Positions 10,028-19,224 of a stretch of DNA of 30,841 bases are shown here, piece after piece; within the stretch, counting starts at the first letter, position 1; each line of letters begins with the position of its first letter. Source of the DNA: Candidatus Bathyarchaeia archaeon (GTDB lineage: Archaea; Thermoproteota; Bathyarchaeia; Bathyarchaeales; Bathycorpusculaceae); the NCBI GenBank assembly GCA_037481775.1, contig JBBFKZ010000017.1, positions 1 through 30,841 on the forward strand, read 5' to 3'. A program made the translations under genes and the position numbers. The notes under the pieces are model-generated. The model ran no database searches, had not been told where the DNA came from, and worked only from the letters and a program-made list of their open reading frames with translations.

Positions 10028-11500
10028 CTAAGCAGCCTCCAACTTGCTCATTTTCTTGGCTTTGATAGCACGTACCTCTTCAAGGATGCGCCTCAATATT
10101 TCCTCATCAGAAAGTATGCCTGCTGGTGGCTTTACCACCTTCTTAAGCGGCAAAGGCACATGATCCATGCGGTAAGCAGTGCCTTCTGATTCTATACCAA
10201 CAAAGGCGGATGGAATCACCACGTCGCCAAGCATAGCGGTAGCGTTCATGTGTGGATCTATTACGATGAGTGGTGTTTTAGTCATGTGCTCCACAGCACG
10301 TTTTGGGAAAGTAGCTCCAGGATCCGCAGCTATGACAAGGGTAGCGTCGGATTCTCCGCGCAGAAGTATATCTATACAAGTGGTTTCTCCTGGATTGTAT
10401 CGCGGATAGCCTAGCGAAAAGTCTACGCCATATGGATAGCCACTTTGCCAAGTAAACACGACGTTGGCCCCTGTGACGTTGAAGTGGCCTCTCATGGGCA
10501 TGATAACGAATTTTGTGCGCTTGTTCAGGTCGCGAATTAAGGATATGGCGACATCTATGTTTCGGAATTTTCCAGCGCTTTGTGTTAATCCCATGCCGAA
10601 GAAGATTACGCCGAAGTTGCAGTTCACCATGGCGTCGGCCACTTCCTCCAAGTACTCCACAGGAACCCCGCCAACCTTGTCGACGTCGAGCTCTTGATCG
10701 CGAATTAGCGCTCTTATTGCTTGCATTACCTCGTAATCCTTGTTAGGTTCGACTTGAAGGAAGTAATCAGCCATCTCAGCAGTCATAGACTTCCGAACAT
10801 CGACAACTATCAATTTGCGGCCTTCTTTCATCAAAGTTGGCGGTGGTGCATTAACAAGTTCATGTTGGCGCATCGGCAGTGCTTTAGGTCGCTTTACGAC
10901 GCCTCTTCTTACGGCACTTTCAATTTTCTTCTTTCCGGCAGAAGCCTTGACCTTCTGTATATAACCTTTCCAGTCGCTTTCCTCAAATCGCCCTTCTGTA
11001 AAAGCAGTATATCTCTCAAGATGGCGCGGATGCGCACTCCACGGGTCGCATCCCCAGTAAATGATTAAATCTGCACGGTGACGAATCTGCCCAAGCGTAC
11101 ATGTTGGAATACCAACCTCTTGCACGCTCAATATGGAGGGACCATGGCAAACAACAGCCGTGTTATCTAATACGCCACCGATTTCTTCGGCTAATTCCAC
11201 ACCTACGCGCTGTGCTTCACAGCTTGTGGAGCTCCAGCCGTACAAGATGGGGTAGTTAGCATTGGCGAGAATTTCAGCGGCTTTATGTATGGCCTCATCC
11301 AAAGATACCGGAACGAGTTTGCCATCTTTGCGAATCAATGGGGTTTTAATCCGATGTTCACCTTTGTAGCCCAAGAATTTGGATTCACAGAGGGCACATC
11401 CGTTTTTAACCTTTACAACCTCATTATTCTCAATTGTTAACTCTATATCATCGCATAAGCTGCCGCAAATGGGACAGGTAACCGATTTAACCACAACCAT
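10028..11500 (-). CDS. fwdB: Formylmethanofuran dehydrogenase subunit B (Mo/W-bis-PGD, Cys ligand)
   Basis: CPICGSLCDD Fe-S motif, DNTAVVCHGPS (TGC codon at 11149-11147), MRGHFNVTG, GTAYRMD. Start ATG 11500 (track 11509). Confidence 0.96.
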   Translation of the reverse strand: MVVVKSVTCPICGSLCDDIELTIENNEVVKVKNGCALCESKFLGYKGEHRIKTPLIRKDGKLVPVSLDEAIHKAAEILANANYPILYGWSSTSCEAQRVGVELAEEIGGVLDNTAVVCHGPSILSVQEVGIPTCTLGQIRHRADLIIYWGCDPWSAHPRHLERYTAFTEGRFEESDWKGYIQKVKASAGKKKIESAVRRGVVKRPKALPMRQHELVNAPPPTLMKEGRKLIVVDVRKSMTAEMADYFLQVEPNKDYEVMQAIRALIRDQELDVDKVGGVPVEYLEEVADAMVNCNFGVIFFGMGLTQSAGKFRNIDVAISLIRDLNKRTKFVIMPMRGHFNVTGANVVFTWQSGYPYGVDFSLGYPRYNPGETTCIDILLRGESDATLVIAADPGATFPKRAVEHMTKTPLIVIDPHMNATAMLGDVVIPSAFVGIESEGTAYRMDHVPLPLKKVVKPPAGILSDEEILRRILEEVRAIKAKKMSKLEAA

Positions 11501-11505
11501 AAGTC

Positions 11506-11907
11506 TCACTTTCCATACAGATTTCTAAGGAGTTCTTCCATACTTAAGACAGGCTTATCTGGGGCAGGCTCTACTTCTGCGGGGGTACCCTTAAACGACG
11601 GCATGCCGATGCTTGTTGTTGAATCATCGACTATAGCGTTTGCCCATGGACCATAGGGAATGTAAATTATACCAGGCATCGAGCCACGAGGATGCTTTAC
11701 TGCTCTGAGAACTATGGAACCATGCGGTGTCGTAACCAACACGTTAGTGTTATTTTTGATGCCAAGCTTCTTCATGTCTTCCTCGTCCATGTAAACCGTT
11801 GAACATGCCTCAAAGTATTCTTGCGAACTTTTCCCCTGCTCTTTCCCAACACCCTGCTCAATTGTTCTTCCCGTAAGCAAGGTCACGCGCAACTTTTGCT
11901 GAACCAT
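11506..11907 (-). CDS. fwdD: Formylmethanofuran dehydrogenase subunit D
   Basis: LLTGRTIEQG, IYIPYGPWAN, GMPSFKG. ATG at 11907 preferred over the track start at 11970. Confidence 0.94.
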   Translation of the reverse strand: MVQQKLRVTLLTGRTIEQGVGKEQGKSSQEYFEACSTVYMDEEDMKKLGIKNNTNVLVTTPHGSIVLRAVKHPRGSMPGIIYIPYGPWANAIVDDSTTSIGMPSFKGTPAEVEPAPDKPVLSMEELLRNLYGK

Positions 11908-12043
11908 GAAACCGACCTTACCAATAGAATTCAAATGCTTATATTTAAGATTAAGTTCAAAAGTTTCCAAATTTTATCACCAAAGAAAAGGAGTTATTAA
12001 GCATCAAGATAACACTCTAAAGCGTTACAGCTACTTTCGCAGC

Positions 12044-12367
12044 TCAGAAGTCGTCAGGTAACTTCACGTAAATTTTTCCATCTTGAATTTTGCATTCATA
12101 GGTAATTAGCTTTATTTGCTTAGCTTTTTGATACTCACCGGTGCGGACGTCAAAGCTCCAGCCATGACAGGGGCAGGTTACGATGTAGTCTTTCAGTGTT
12201 CCGTTGGCAAGAGAACAGCCCATGTGTGGGCAACGATTCGAAACTCCGTAGACTTGGTCACCATACCGTGCCAGCAGAATGTTTCTGCCCGCGACATTAA
12301 CAAGTTTCATTGAACCAGCTTTCAGTTCAGCTTCACTTATGGCGGGAACGAAATCGCCTTCATGCAT
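12044..12367 (-). CDS. Rieske-type [2Fe-2S] ferredoxin
   Basis: CPHMG and CPCHGWSFDVRTG Rieske ligand motifs; 107 aa, soluble. Confidence 0.92.
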   Translation of the reverse strand: MHEGDFVPAISEAELKAGSMKLVNVAGRNILLARYGDQVYGVSNRCPHMGCSLANGTLKDYIVTCPCHGWSFDVRTGEYQKAKQIKLITYECKIQDGKIYVKLPDDF

Positions 12368-12405
12368 ATTTTTAGTCTCCTATTATAAAAAAAGGAGTTA
12401 GCCAA

Positions 12406-13077
12406 CTATTTTGTTGGCAACTCTTTCTTGCATAAGAACCAATCTATATATTCGTAGCCTTCATGCGCACGCTGTTCAGCTGCATCAGTAGTTGTAGGCG
12501 GTGGAACTATAACTTTATCACCGGGCCGCCAGTTAGCGGGCATGGCAACCTTGTACTTGTCTGCTGTTTGAAGTGCGTCTACAATGCGCAGTATCTCATC
12601 CATGTTTCTGCCTACGTTCAGCGGATAGTACACGATAGCTCTCAGCGTCATTTCTGGATCGATAAAGAATACACAACGTATTGCAGTTGTGGTGCTTTCT
12701 CCTGGATGAATCATTCCGTATAGTGTAGCTACTTTCATGTCTAAATCGGCAATTATTGGAAAAGTGATGTCTACGCCCAGTTTTTCTTTTATCCTGCGTA
12801 CCCAAGCTATGTGGGAATATACACTGTCGATACTTAAGCCTATTAACTCCACATTTCGTTTCTTTAATTCATCGTTTATTTTGGCGAATGCAACAAACTC
12901 GGTGGTGCATACTGGCGTAAAGTCGGCTGGATGCGAAAAAAGTATTACCCATTTGCCTTTGAAGTCGGAAAGTTTTATTTTGCCCTTCGTTGTTACTGCC
13001 TCAAAGTCTGGGGCTGGCTCGCCTATTCGTGGCATAACATTTTTTGGTTCACATTTTTCTTCCATATTCCACACCAT
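12406..13077 (-). CDS. Peroxiredoxin (Prx6/archaeal type)
   Basis: [33 protein letters not shown]-terminal DWFLC. Confidence 0.95.
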   Translation of the reverse strand: MVWNMEEKCEPKNVMPRIGEPAPDFEAVTTKGKIKLSDFKGKWVILFSHPADFTPVCTTEFVAFAKINDELKKRNVELIGLSIDSVYSHIAWVRRIKEKLGVDITFPIIADLDMKVATLYGMIHPGESTTTAIRCVFFIDPEMTLRAIVYYPLNVGRNMDEILRIVDALQTADKYKVAMPANWRPGDKVIVPPPTTTDAAEQRAHEGYEYIDWFLCKKELPTK

Positions 13078-13182
13078 TTAACACTTATTTAGGAACAAAA
13101 TACTTATTAATAGTCGTATTATATTTACTTATCGGAAGAAAAAATTACAAAAAAGCATAAAAAAGTGCGGAATTGGTAAAAA

Positions 13183-13620
13183 ATGGTGTTAATTCCAGAC
13201 GAAATCGACATGAAAATACTGCAGATGCTAGAAAAAGACGGGCGAAGTTCATTTAATGAAATAGCAAAGAAGCTCAAGTTAAGCGAGTCAGCAATAAGAA
13301 AAAGAGTAATAGCATTACAGAGCCGGGGTGTGATCAAAAAATTCACTATCCAAGTAGACCCCACGAAGCTGGGGCTGCACAGCGTTGCCATTGTAGGTGT
13401 AGATGTAGAACCGACAAAACTGCTTGAGGTCGCTCAGAAACTTTGCGAGATAAGCGAGATCAGAAGTGTAGCCACATCCACCGGAGATCACATGATAATG
13501 ACAGAAATATGGACAAAGGATGGGCGAGAACTCACGAAGTTGCTATCTGAAAAAATCGGCGCCATAGAAGGCGTCAAAAAAATCTGCCCCGCAATTATAC
13601 TTGAAAAATTCAAAGAATAG
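13183..13620 (+). CDS. Lrp/AsnC-family transcriptional regulator (LrpA-like)
   Basis: IDMKILQMLEKDGRSSFNEIAKKLKLSESAIRKRV HTH, STGDHMI RAM domain, KICPAIILE. Confidence 0.92.
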   Translation: MVLIPDEIDMKILQMLEKDGRSSFNEIAKKLKLSESAIRKRVIALQSRGVIKKFTIQVDPTKLGLHSVAIVGVDVEPTKLLEVAQKLCEISEIRSVATSTGDHMIMTEIWTKDGRELTKLLSEKIGAIEGVKKICPAIILEKFKE

Positions 13621-13705
13621 CTGAAAACGCAAAGTCAATAGCTCAATTCGGTTGCGGCGGTCATTTGAACTTCACAATATAGGCACACTACGCATATGTA
13701 CGTAG

Positions 13706-14650
13706 TCAGGGCCGGTAGCCGCCAAGAGTGCACAAAGCTAAAGCTGCAGCAGTTAAGTCGGCGGTGGTTCCTGGATTGTAAAGGCTATCTGAGTTTCGGA
13801 GTTTTTTATCAAACGTCACAATGCTTTGGCGCCCGTCTTCTGTTTCTACGCCACCCAACTCGAGGATTTTCCGGGCATCATCGGATATTTCGCGGGCTTT
13901 TTCGATGCCGACTTTGCGGGCAATAAACGTGTCAGGTCGTTCAGAGAGAACTTTCAGGAAAGTGTGAATGATAGCAGTGTTTAGACACTTAATTTTCAGT
14001 TGTTGCATAAGATAAGGGTAAGCAAGATCGAATGTTATTGTGTAGTTGTTAACCCACTCATAACAAATGTCATCATAACCAGCGGCAATTTGAAAAACCT
14101 TAAAAAGTGAAACTTGCTCCTTAAGCAGACGTGCCTTTGAAGCTGGATCACGGACATCAAAATCCGGCGCTTCATTTAGCCCGCTTGGTTTGGCGATCTC
14201 AATGGCTTCATAGAGAAAAACCGCATCCTGCGGAGTAGTGGATTCCACAACACGCTTAAGGTTTCGCCTTAGCGTCACAAAATCGAACCTATCTTTGTCC
14301 ATGGGTGTTATGCCAGCGGCCACAGCCAAGGGCACGAACAGCATAATCGTCCCAATCAAGGTGTTACCGCCCTTTTGCCATGCCGCAACGTCCGCAGCAC
14401 AAGTTCGTATAAGCTCACCAACACCTGCATTCTCAATTTTAAGTTGGTTGCAGGCTATCGCGATGCCGCGGCTTGCTGCTTCTTCAAAAGCGTCGCGGGC
14501 AGCAACGGCAGAAGCAAGAAAATGCTCCACGCGTGTGCCTTCAAAACCGACAATGAAGTTCACGTTTCCCGGTTTGTCAGCGCTTACTTCAAGCAGTATA
14601 GCCAGTTCTAAGCATTTTGCGATGTGTTTGGCTTTTTCGGTGCATTGCAT
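13706..14650 (-). CDS. citG: CitG/MdcB-family triphosphoribosyl transferase (archaeal CitG-like)
   Basis: LEVSADKPGNV, GGNTLIGTIML, PDTFIARK, NPGTTADLTAA motifs of the CitG family. Confidence 0.88.
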   Translation of the reverse strand: MQCTEKAKHIAKCLELAILLEVSADKPGNVNFIVGFEGTRVEHFLASAVAARDAFEEAASRGIAIACNQLKIENAGVGELIRTCAADVAAWQKGGNTLIGTIMLFVPLAVAAGITPMDKDRFDFVTLRRNLKRVVESTTPQDAVFLYEAIEIAKPSGLNEAPDFDVRDPASKARLLKEQVSLFKVFQIAAGYDDICYEWVNNYTITFDLAYPYLMQQLKIKCLNTAIIHTFLKVLSERPDTFIARKVGIEKAREISDDARKILELGGVETEDGRQSIVTFDKKLRNSDSLYNPGTTADLTAAALALCTLGGYRP

Positions 14651-14749
14651 GATGGAAAATGGTTTAGAGAAGGTTTATTAACGTTATGTAAAAAACTACA
14701 CACTATTGAAGCTACTGACATAATGAGCTGCTGTTGAAGGAACAGAAGA
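14651..14749. promoter_or_regulatory. Putative bidirectional promoter between the citG-like gene and nucleotidyltransferase 1
   Basis: 99-bp divergent gap with the AT-rich core TTTATTAACGTTATGTAAAAAA, which is TATA-like on both strands. Confidence 0.45.
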
Positions 14750-15766
14750 ATGCAAGCGCGAGAAGGTGAGCTGATCCGAACAGAAAATGGCGTAATTTTC
14801 GATGTAAAAGGCTTAATGCATCCGCCCAGTCGCATCATAGCGTTTCCACGGTTTATTCCTTCTCAGCAAGGCACACGACGAGACTCCAAAAGAGCGTATG
14901 GCAAAATCTACAGTTTCAGTGACCGATTCAAATTTCTTGAGCAAAACATGCCAGAGCTAATAGTGCATGATCCAGTTTTTGACGAAACCCTATGCGAAGT
15001 GCCCCACCACATGGTTGAAAGGCACTATGATCCAGTTGGAAAGCTTGGATTACTACGTACATCCAAGAAGCTGAATACGCTGGAACAGAAAGTGGTGCAG
15101 CTAGCAGAAGAGCTAAAAGAAGCAGCCGGCATTCCTTGGAGCGCCATAGGTATTTCGGGCTCCGTGCTTGTCGAGTTAGCCACTGAGAAGTCGGACGTTG
15201 ATCCAGTGATTTATGGCGCAGAAAACTGTCGTAGAGCGTACGAGGCATTAGAAACCTTGTTGAAGGATGAAGCGTCAGGGTTCAAACCTTACAGTCATGA
15301 GGATCTGAAAGCCTTGTTCGATTTTCGTTCGAAGGACACCATCATGAGCTTCGAAGACTTTTGTCGGGTCGAACGGCGAAAGGCGTTCCAAGGCATTTAC
15401 GCTGGCACTGAGTACTTTATACGCTTCGTGAAGGACTGGAGTGACAATATTGGACAGTACGGCGATGTTCACTACAAGAACGTTGGTTACGCGAAAATCT
15501 CAGCCACGATTGCTGATGATGCTGAAGCGCTTTTCACACCATGCACTTACCAAGTTGAAGATGTCGCAGTTGTTGAAGGCTCAAAATTGGAGCCAATAAG
15601 GGAAGTTTCCTCTTTTAGAGGCAGGTTTTGCAAGCAAGCAAAAAAAGGCGAGAAAGTTACTGTGCAAGGAAAAGTGGAGCGGGTAATTGAAAGGCAGACA
15701 GGCCACGTTTATTATCGCATTATCATTGGAAATAATCCTTCGGATTACATGATACTCGCGCGTTAA
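14750..15766 (+). CDS. Pol-beta-fold nucleotidyltransferase with C-terminal OB-like domain (COG1665-like), paralog 1
   Basis: GISGSVL-x6-SDVDPVIYG NTase signature; N-terminal REGELIRTENGVIFDVKGLMHP; C-terminal SFRGRF..A..GE.V.V.GKVE. Confidence 0.8.
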   Translation: MQAREGELIRTENGVIFDVKGLMHPPSRIIAFPRFIPSQQGTRRDSKRAYGKIYSFSDRFKFLEQNMPELIVHDPVFDETLCEVPHHMVERHYDPVGKLGLLRTSKKLNTLEQKVVQLAEELKEAAGIPWSAIGISGSVLVELATEKSDVDPVIYGAENCRRAYEALETLLKDEASGFKPYSHEDLKALFDFRSKDTIMSFEDFCRVERRKAFQGIYAGTEYFIRFVKDWSDNIGQYGDVHYKNVGYAKISATIADDAEALFTPCTYQVEDVAVVEGSKLEPIREVSSFRGRFCKQAKKGEKVTVQGKVERVIERQTGHVYYRIIIGNNPSDYMILAR

Positions 15767-16836
15767 TGCAGCGCCTTTAAGACTTGCTCATAGTAACGCG
15801 GGCAATAAGTTAAGGTAATCTGGTGAAAACTATGTTTAGGTGATTGAACCTCCTCAAGGTTACCTTCGACAATAATGGTTTCATCTTTTTGGACTTGCTG
15901 ACGAAACTCTTCCATGTAAGAGAAAACGCGCACAACTTCCGCGGCTTCACTAGGTCCATTCAAGACTTCAAGCACTTGCACACCATAAATTGATGGAATA
16001 AAAGGTGCCTCATCATCGGCGGTGACGCGCGCCTTAAGTTTTGCCCAGCCCTTCCGTATAATACGCGTTTGCGAGTCATATTCAGACTCGATTTCACTCC
16101 AAGCTTTAACGGGCTCAAACTCGGCCTTAATTATTCTGCCGCTTTGCGCTCGGTCATCGTATAAGCCGTAAATCATCTTGCGCCGCTGGTGCCAAACAAA
16201 GTCTTTCACATCAAAATTTTTGAAGAGCCAACGTTTACCCCTCATCGCGTCTTCGGACTCAAATTCGTTGCTTAAACTCGAGTGGTCACTGGCATACAGC
16301 TCCGCAAGCGTCTGCCGCATCTTGGCGTTTTCCGCCTTGCCATATACAACGAAGTCTATGTCTGAGTACCGTGGGTGATAGAATCCATGCAGCAGAGAAC
16401 CGAAAACGCCGAAGTTCTGCACTTGCAAACTTGAATGCTCCAACACAATGTTTAGGACAGCTCGCATTGCACGTAATAACTCGTCTTCCGGTTCAACAGC
16501 GAGTAAATACGCCAATCGCTCACCGGGTCTTCGGGCTTCCATTATGGCGTTTTCAGGCACCCCCACAAGCTTCAGTCCCAACATCTCGTGGAAAATCAGG
16601 TAATGCGGATAATTTTTAGCTACAAATTTCATGCCCTCATCATTGTAGAATTTGTAGAAAAGCTGGTTGCTTCCTGTTCTCGGTGCTCTCGGGTCGGCTG
16701 AACTAAAAATCTGGGCGGAGGCGTATTCAGCGTCGCATATGTACGCGTTAGGCGGATGGCTGTAGCCGAAGACGCGGAAGATTAAGCCTTCACGTGTGAG
16801 TATGCCGTCGCGGTCTCTGAGGCTTAAGCTGGCCAA
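15763..16836 (-). CDS. Pol-beta-fold nucleotidyltransferase (COG1665-like), paralog 2
   Basis: [24 protein letters not shown]; N-terminal [22 protein letters not shown]; C-terminal FIPSIY and VEGNLEEV; TTG start. Confidence 0.8.
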   Translation of the reverse strand: MASLSLRDRDGILTREGLIFRVFGYSHPPNAYICDAEYASAQIFSSADPRAPRTGSNQLFYKFYNDEGMKFVAKNYPHYLIFHEMLGLKLVGVPENAIMEARRPGERLAYLLAVEPEDELLRAMRAVLNIVLEHSSLQVQNFGVFGSLLHGFYHPRYSDIDFVVYGKAENAKMRQTLAELYASDHSSLSNEFESEDAMRGKRWLFKNFDVKDFVWHQRRKMIYGLYDDRAQSGRIIKAEFEPVKAWSEIESEYDSQTRIIRKGWAKLKARVTADDEAPFIPSIYGVQVLEVLNGPSEAAEVVRVFSYMEEFRQQVQKDETIIVEGNLEEVQSPKHSFHQITLTYCPRYYEQVLKALH

Positions 16837-17849
16837 ATGTACTCTTCCTCTGAAGTAGCGGTGCCCACTACAACTTGATAGTAGACAGCGCCTGTCTTAA
16901 TGACTTCAACGCGCTCCAGTGTGCCGGCAACTTTGATTTGGCTGCCTTGGCGGGCAACGTTTCGGTAACAACCTATGTTGGAAACTACAAGTTCAGGAAC
17001 GCGGTCGGGCGGCAACTCCGATTGAGCGTCTAATGGCTTGTAGTTGGCGATTTTATAGATAGCTGGACGAAACATAGCTTCTGTGTCATCGCTTACGATG
17101 CACTGAAACTTTACTGGAGCAATTGACGAAAATCGCGCCATACCGTAGAACGTGTTAATCTCCTTTGGCTGCCGTGTGGCGTTATACATGAAGATTTTGC
17201 CTTTGTAGCGTCCTTGAAATTTCCGCGCCGCCTCCAAGCGGTTGCTAACAATGTAACTTAGCTTGCCGGCTTCAACAAGCCGCGCTATTGTAGCTTCAAC
17301 TTTACGGAAGTTCTCCGAACCGTAAACGACAAAGTCTATGTCCGACTCAGCCGCGTGCATGTCTAGGGCTATAGAGCCGTGTATGCCAAAATCCTCTAAG
17401 CCGACGCCGGACTCGGCTGAAAGCAGATCTATGAGCTCGAGCGCCAGTTTTTGCAGGTTATCAGGCGCCTTTGCTTGACGGAGTATTTTGAGGCGTTCTC
17501 TGGGAACAAAAACTTGTTCAATACGGTTCAGTGGTGCAGTGATTAACTCTTTATTGCGCAGGTAACAGTAGTAAAGGTAGTCTGGGAAGTTTTTTCGGAA
17601 CACTGAGATAAATGTCTTATAATTCTTGGCTGTGTAAAGCTTCTCTGCTCGGAAAAGCTGCCTGCTGCCATACTTCCAAGTGCGCTCCAGCATTTCAACA
17701 TCGAAGAGAGATTTGAATTCGGCGGGAATGTATTTGAGGAATGCGAAAACTCGGTTTTGCGGGTGCTCATACCCGAAGGTGTTGAAGATGAAACCGTCTT
17801 TGGTTACGAAAGTGTCTCCGTCAGCTGGAACCCAGTTAGCTGTTGCCGT
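16824..17849 (-). CDS. Pol-beta-fold nucleotidyltransferase (COG1665-like), paralog 3; probable ACG start
   Basis: [23 protein letters not shown]. The frame stays open upstream of the track ATG (17693) to a TGA at 17858-17856 and encodes [22 protein letters not shown], homologous to the paralog N-termini. GGTGA lies 6 nt before ACG 17849. Confidence 0.78.
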   Translation of the reverse strand, partial: TATANWVPADGDTFVTKDGFIFNTFGYEHPQNRVFAFLKYIPAEFKSLFDVEMLERTWKYGSRQLFRAEKLYTAKNYKTFISVFRKNFPDYLYYCYLRNKELITAPLNRIEQVFVPRERLKILRQAKAPDNLQKLALELIDLLSAESGVGLEDFGIHGSIALDMHAAESDIDFVVYGSENFRKVEATIARLVEAGKLSYIVSNRLEAARKFQGRYKGKIFMYNATRQPKEINTFYGMARFSSIAPVKFQCIVSDDTEAMFRPAIYKIANYKPLDAQSELPPDRVPELVVSNIGCYRNVARQGSQIKVAGTLERVEVIKTGAVYYQVVVGTATSEEEYIWPA

Positions 17850-17947
17850 TTTAAGTCACCGCGGAAAACAATAACTTTGATGCCTAAAAATCTATTGCAG
17901 CAAGCAGCATCACTGGATTTGGATAAGGCATTCAAGTATTTGCAAAG

Positions 17948-18409
17948 TTAGGGAGTGTCTGATTCAGTTTGGTTTCTGTTTTTGAGTTTTCTATTAAGCG
18001 AAATCCCCTCGAAAAGAAAGAGAAACATGGCAACTGCTGTAATTACAGCTAAATAAACAAAACTTGGGTCTGGAACAAAATCGAGCATGAAAAAGCCGAC
18101 TAGTAAAATTGCAACTTCAGCGCCAAATGCACCCATAAAAAAGAAGGAGTAAAACAGCAGTCTGGGCACGAGGGTTCTGCCAACCCACACGTAGCCGTTG
18201 ACGCCTGTTTTTTCTTTAAGTAAATAGTCTCCGTAAGGGTTTCTTTCGATTAAGCCGAGATCTTCGAGTTTTTGCAGATGTCTATGCGCCACACTTGGAC
18301 TGCTAAGGTTTGCACCGCGCATAACAGCCCTTGTGCCAACTGGCTTATTAGCGTGAGCAATATAGGCGTAGACGGCTAAAGTGTTGCCTTCAAGCTCTTC
18401 GCTTGTCAC
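17948..18409 (-). CDS. Membrane-anchored wHTH regulator (N-terminal HTH plus two C-terminal TM helices)
   Basis: VGTRAVMRGANLSSPSVAHRHLQKLEDLGLIE HTH followed by two hydrophobic segments. Confidence 0.75.
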   Translation of the reverse strand: MTSEELEGNTLAVYAYIAHANKPVGTRAVMRGANLSSPSVAHRHLQKLEDLGLIERNPYGDYLLKEKTGVNGYVWVGRTLVPRLLFYSFFFMGAFGAEVAILLVGFFMLDFVPDPSFVYLAVITAVAMFLFLFEGISLNRKLKNRNQTESDTP

Positions 18410-18420
18410 ACATGTTACAC

Positions 18421-19182
18421 CTAAGGCTTTTGCTCCGGGATTATAGGGCTTGTTGGAACTTGAGGTAAGCTTTGAGGTAATGTACCGTAAACATATTGGT
18501 CACCGCTCTTAGTCAACTCTACATGTTGAATAACTTCGCTGCTTGCAAGTGTCACTGTGGTGGTGTTGCCGTCGAATGTGACGTATCCGAGTCTGCGTAC
18601 ATCAATGTAGATTGTTTGGGCATTTTGAATGTTTAAGATTTTCTCAGGTAACGTGGTGTTTCCGAAGGAACTGCTCGATGAGCCGCCGCCAAAGCCACAT
18701 AAGCCTAAGCCATCAGCTAAACAGTCAGCCAGAGTTCCGTTGAATTTGGTTATAAACGTGCCGCCGCCGCTTGTGGTCGTGTTAAACCAGCCTGGACGTG
18801 CAAAGTAGAACGATTTGGTCGGATCAATGTCTTCTTTGAAGTTGGCACCAAAGGAAAATGTAATATTTTCAATCGGTCCTTTGTCTGAATAGACTTGCAG
18901 TTGATAGTATTCTACTCTAGCGTTATCAAGAATATTTATTGCGTCAGGATTAACAGAATAGTTGAGTAGTACTAAATGTGCTGAACTGTAAGATACCATA
19001 TCATAAATGGATTCACTAGTTGCATTCCAGGAAGCGTAAACCACATTACAGTTAAACCAAGGTATATCATCAGTTGCTTGAGCCTTAGCTTGAGACATAA
19101 AGAACGCTAAAGGCATAATTGAAGCTGTTCCGATTGTTATTGCGAGAATGCTGAATGCGAATAATTTTTTCTCTATTTTCAT
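18421..19182 (-). CDS. Secreted or membrane-anchored hypothetical protein
   Basis: MKIEKKLFAFSILAITIGTASIMPLAFFMSQAKA signal/anchor; body rich in S/T/N/G with several N-x-S/T sequons; Pro-rich tail. ATG 19182 preferred over the track start at 19272. Confidence 0.75.
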   Translation of the reverse strand: MKIEKKLFAFSILAITIGTASIMPLAFFMSQAKAQATDDIPWFNCNVVYASWNATSESIYDMVSYSSAHLVLLNYSVNPDAINILDNARVEYYQLQVYSDKGPIENITFSFGANFKEDIDPTKSFYFARPGWFNTTTSGGGTFITKFNGTLADCLADGLGLCGFGGGSSSSSFGNTTLPEKILNIQNAQTIYIDVRRLGYVTFDGNTTTVTLASSEVIQHVELTKSGDQYVYGTLPQSLPQVPTSPIIPEQKP

Positions 19183-19224
19183 TTGGTTTTTCACCAATTT
19201 TCTAAGCAACAAAGCATCTAATAA

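Noticed and set aside
11147-11149. Selenocysteine in FwdB
   Set aside because: The metal-ligand codon is TGC (Cys) and there is no in-frame TGA.
17543-17770. 75-aa minus-strand ORF as a frameshifted N-terminal fragment of NTase paralog 3
   Set aside because: The homologous N-terminus is in the same frame as the main ORF, so no frameshift is needed; this ORF is an out-of-frame shadow.
14750-17849. NTase trio as an MNT-HEPN toxin-antitoxin or CBASS-type defence system
   Set aside because: The proteins are about 340 aa with extra domains rather than minimal NTases. No HEPN, Cap effector, nuclease or mobile-element genes are adjacent, and the context is cofactor metabolism.
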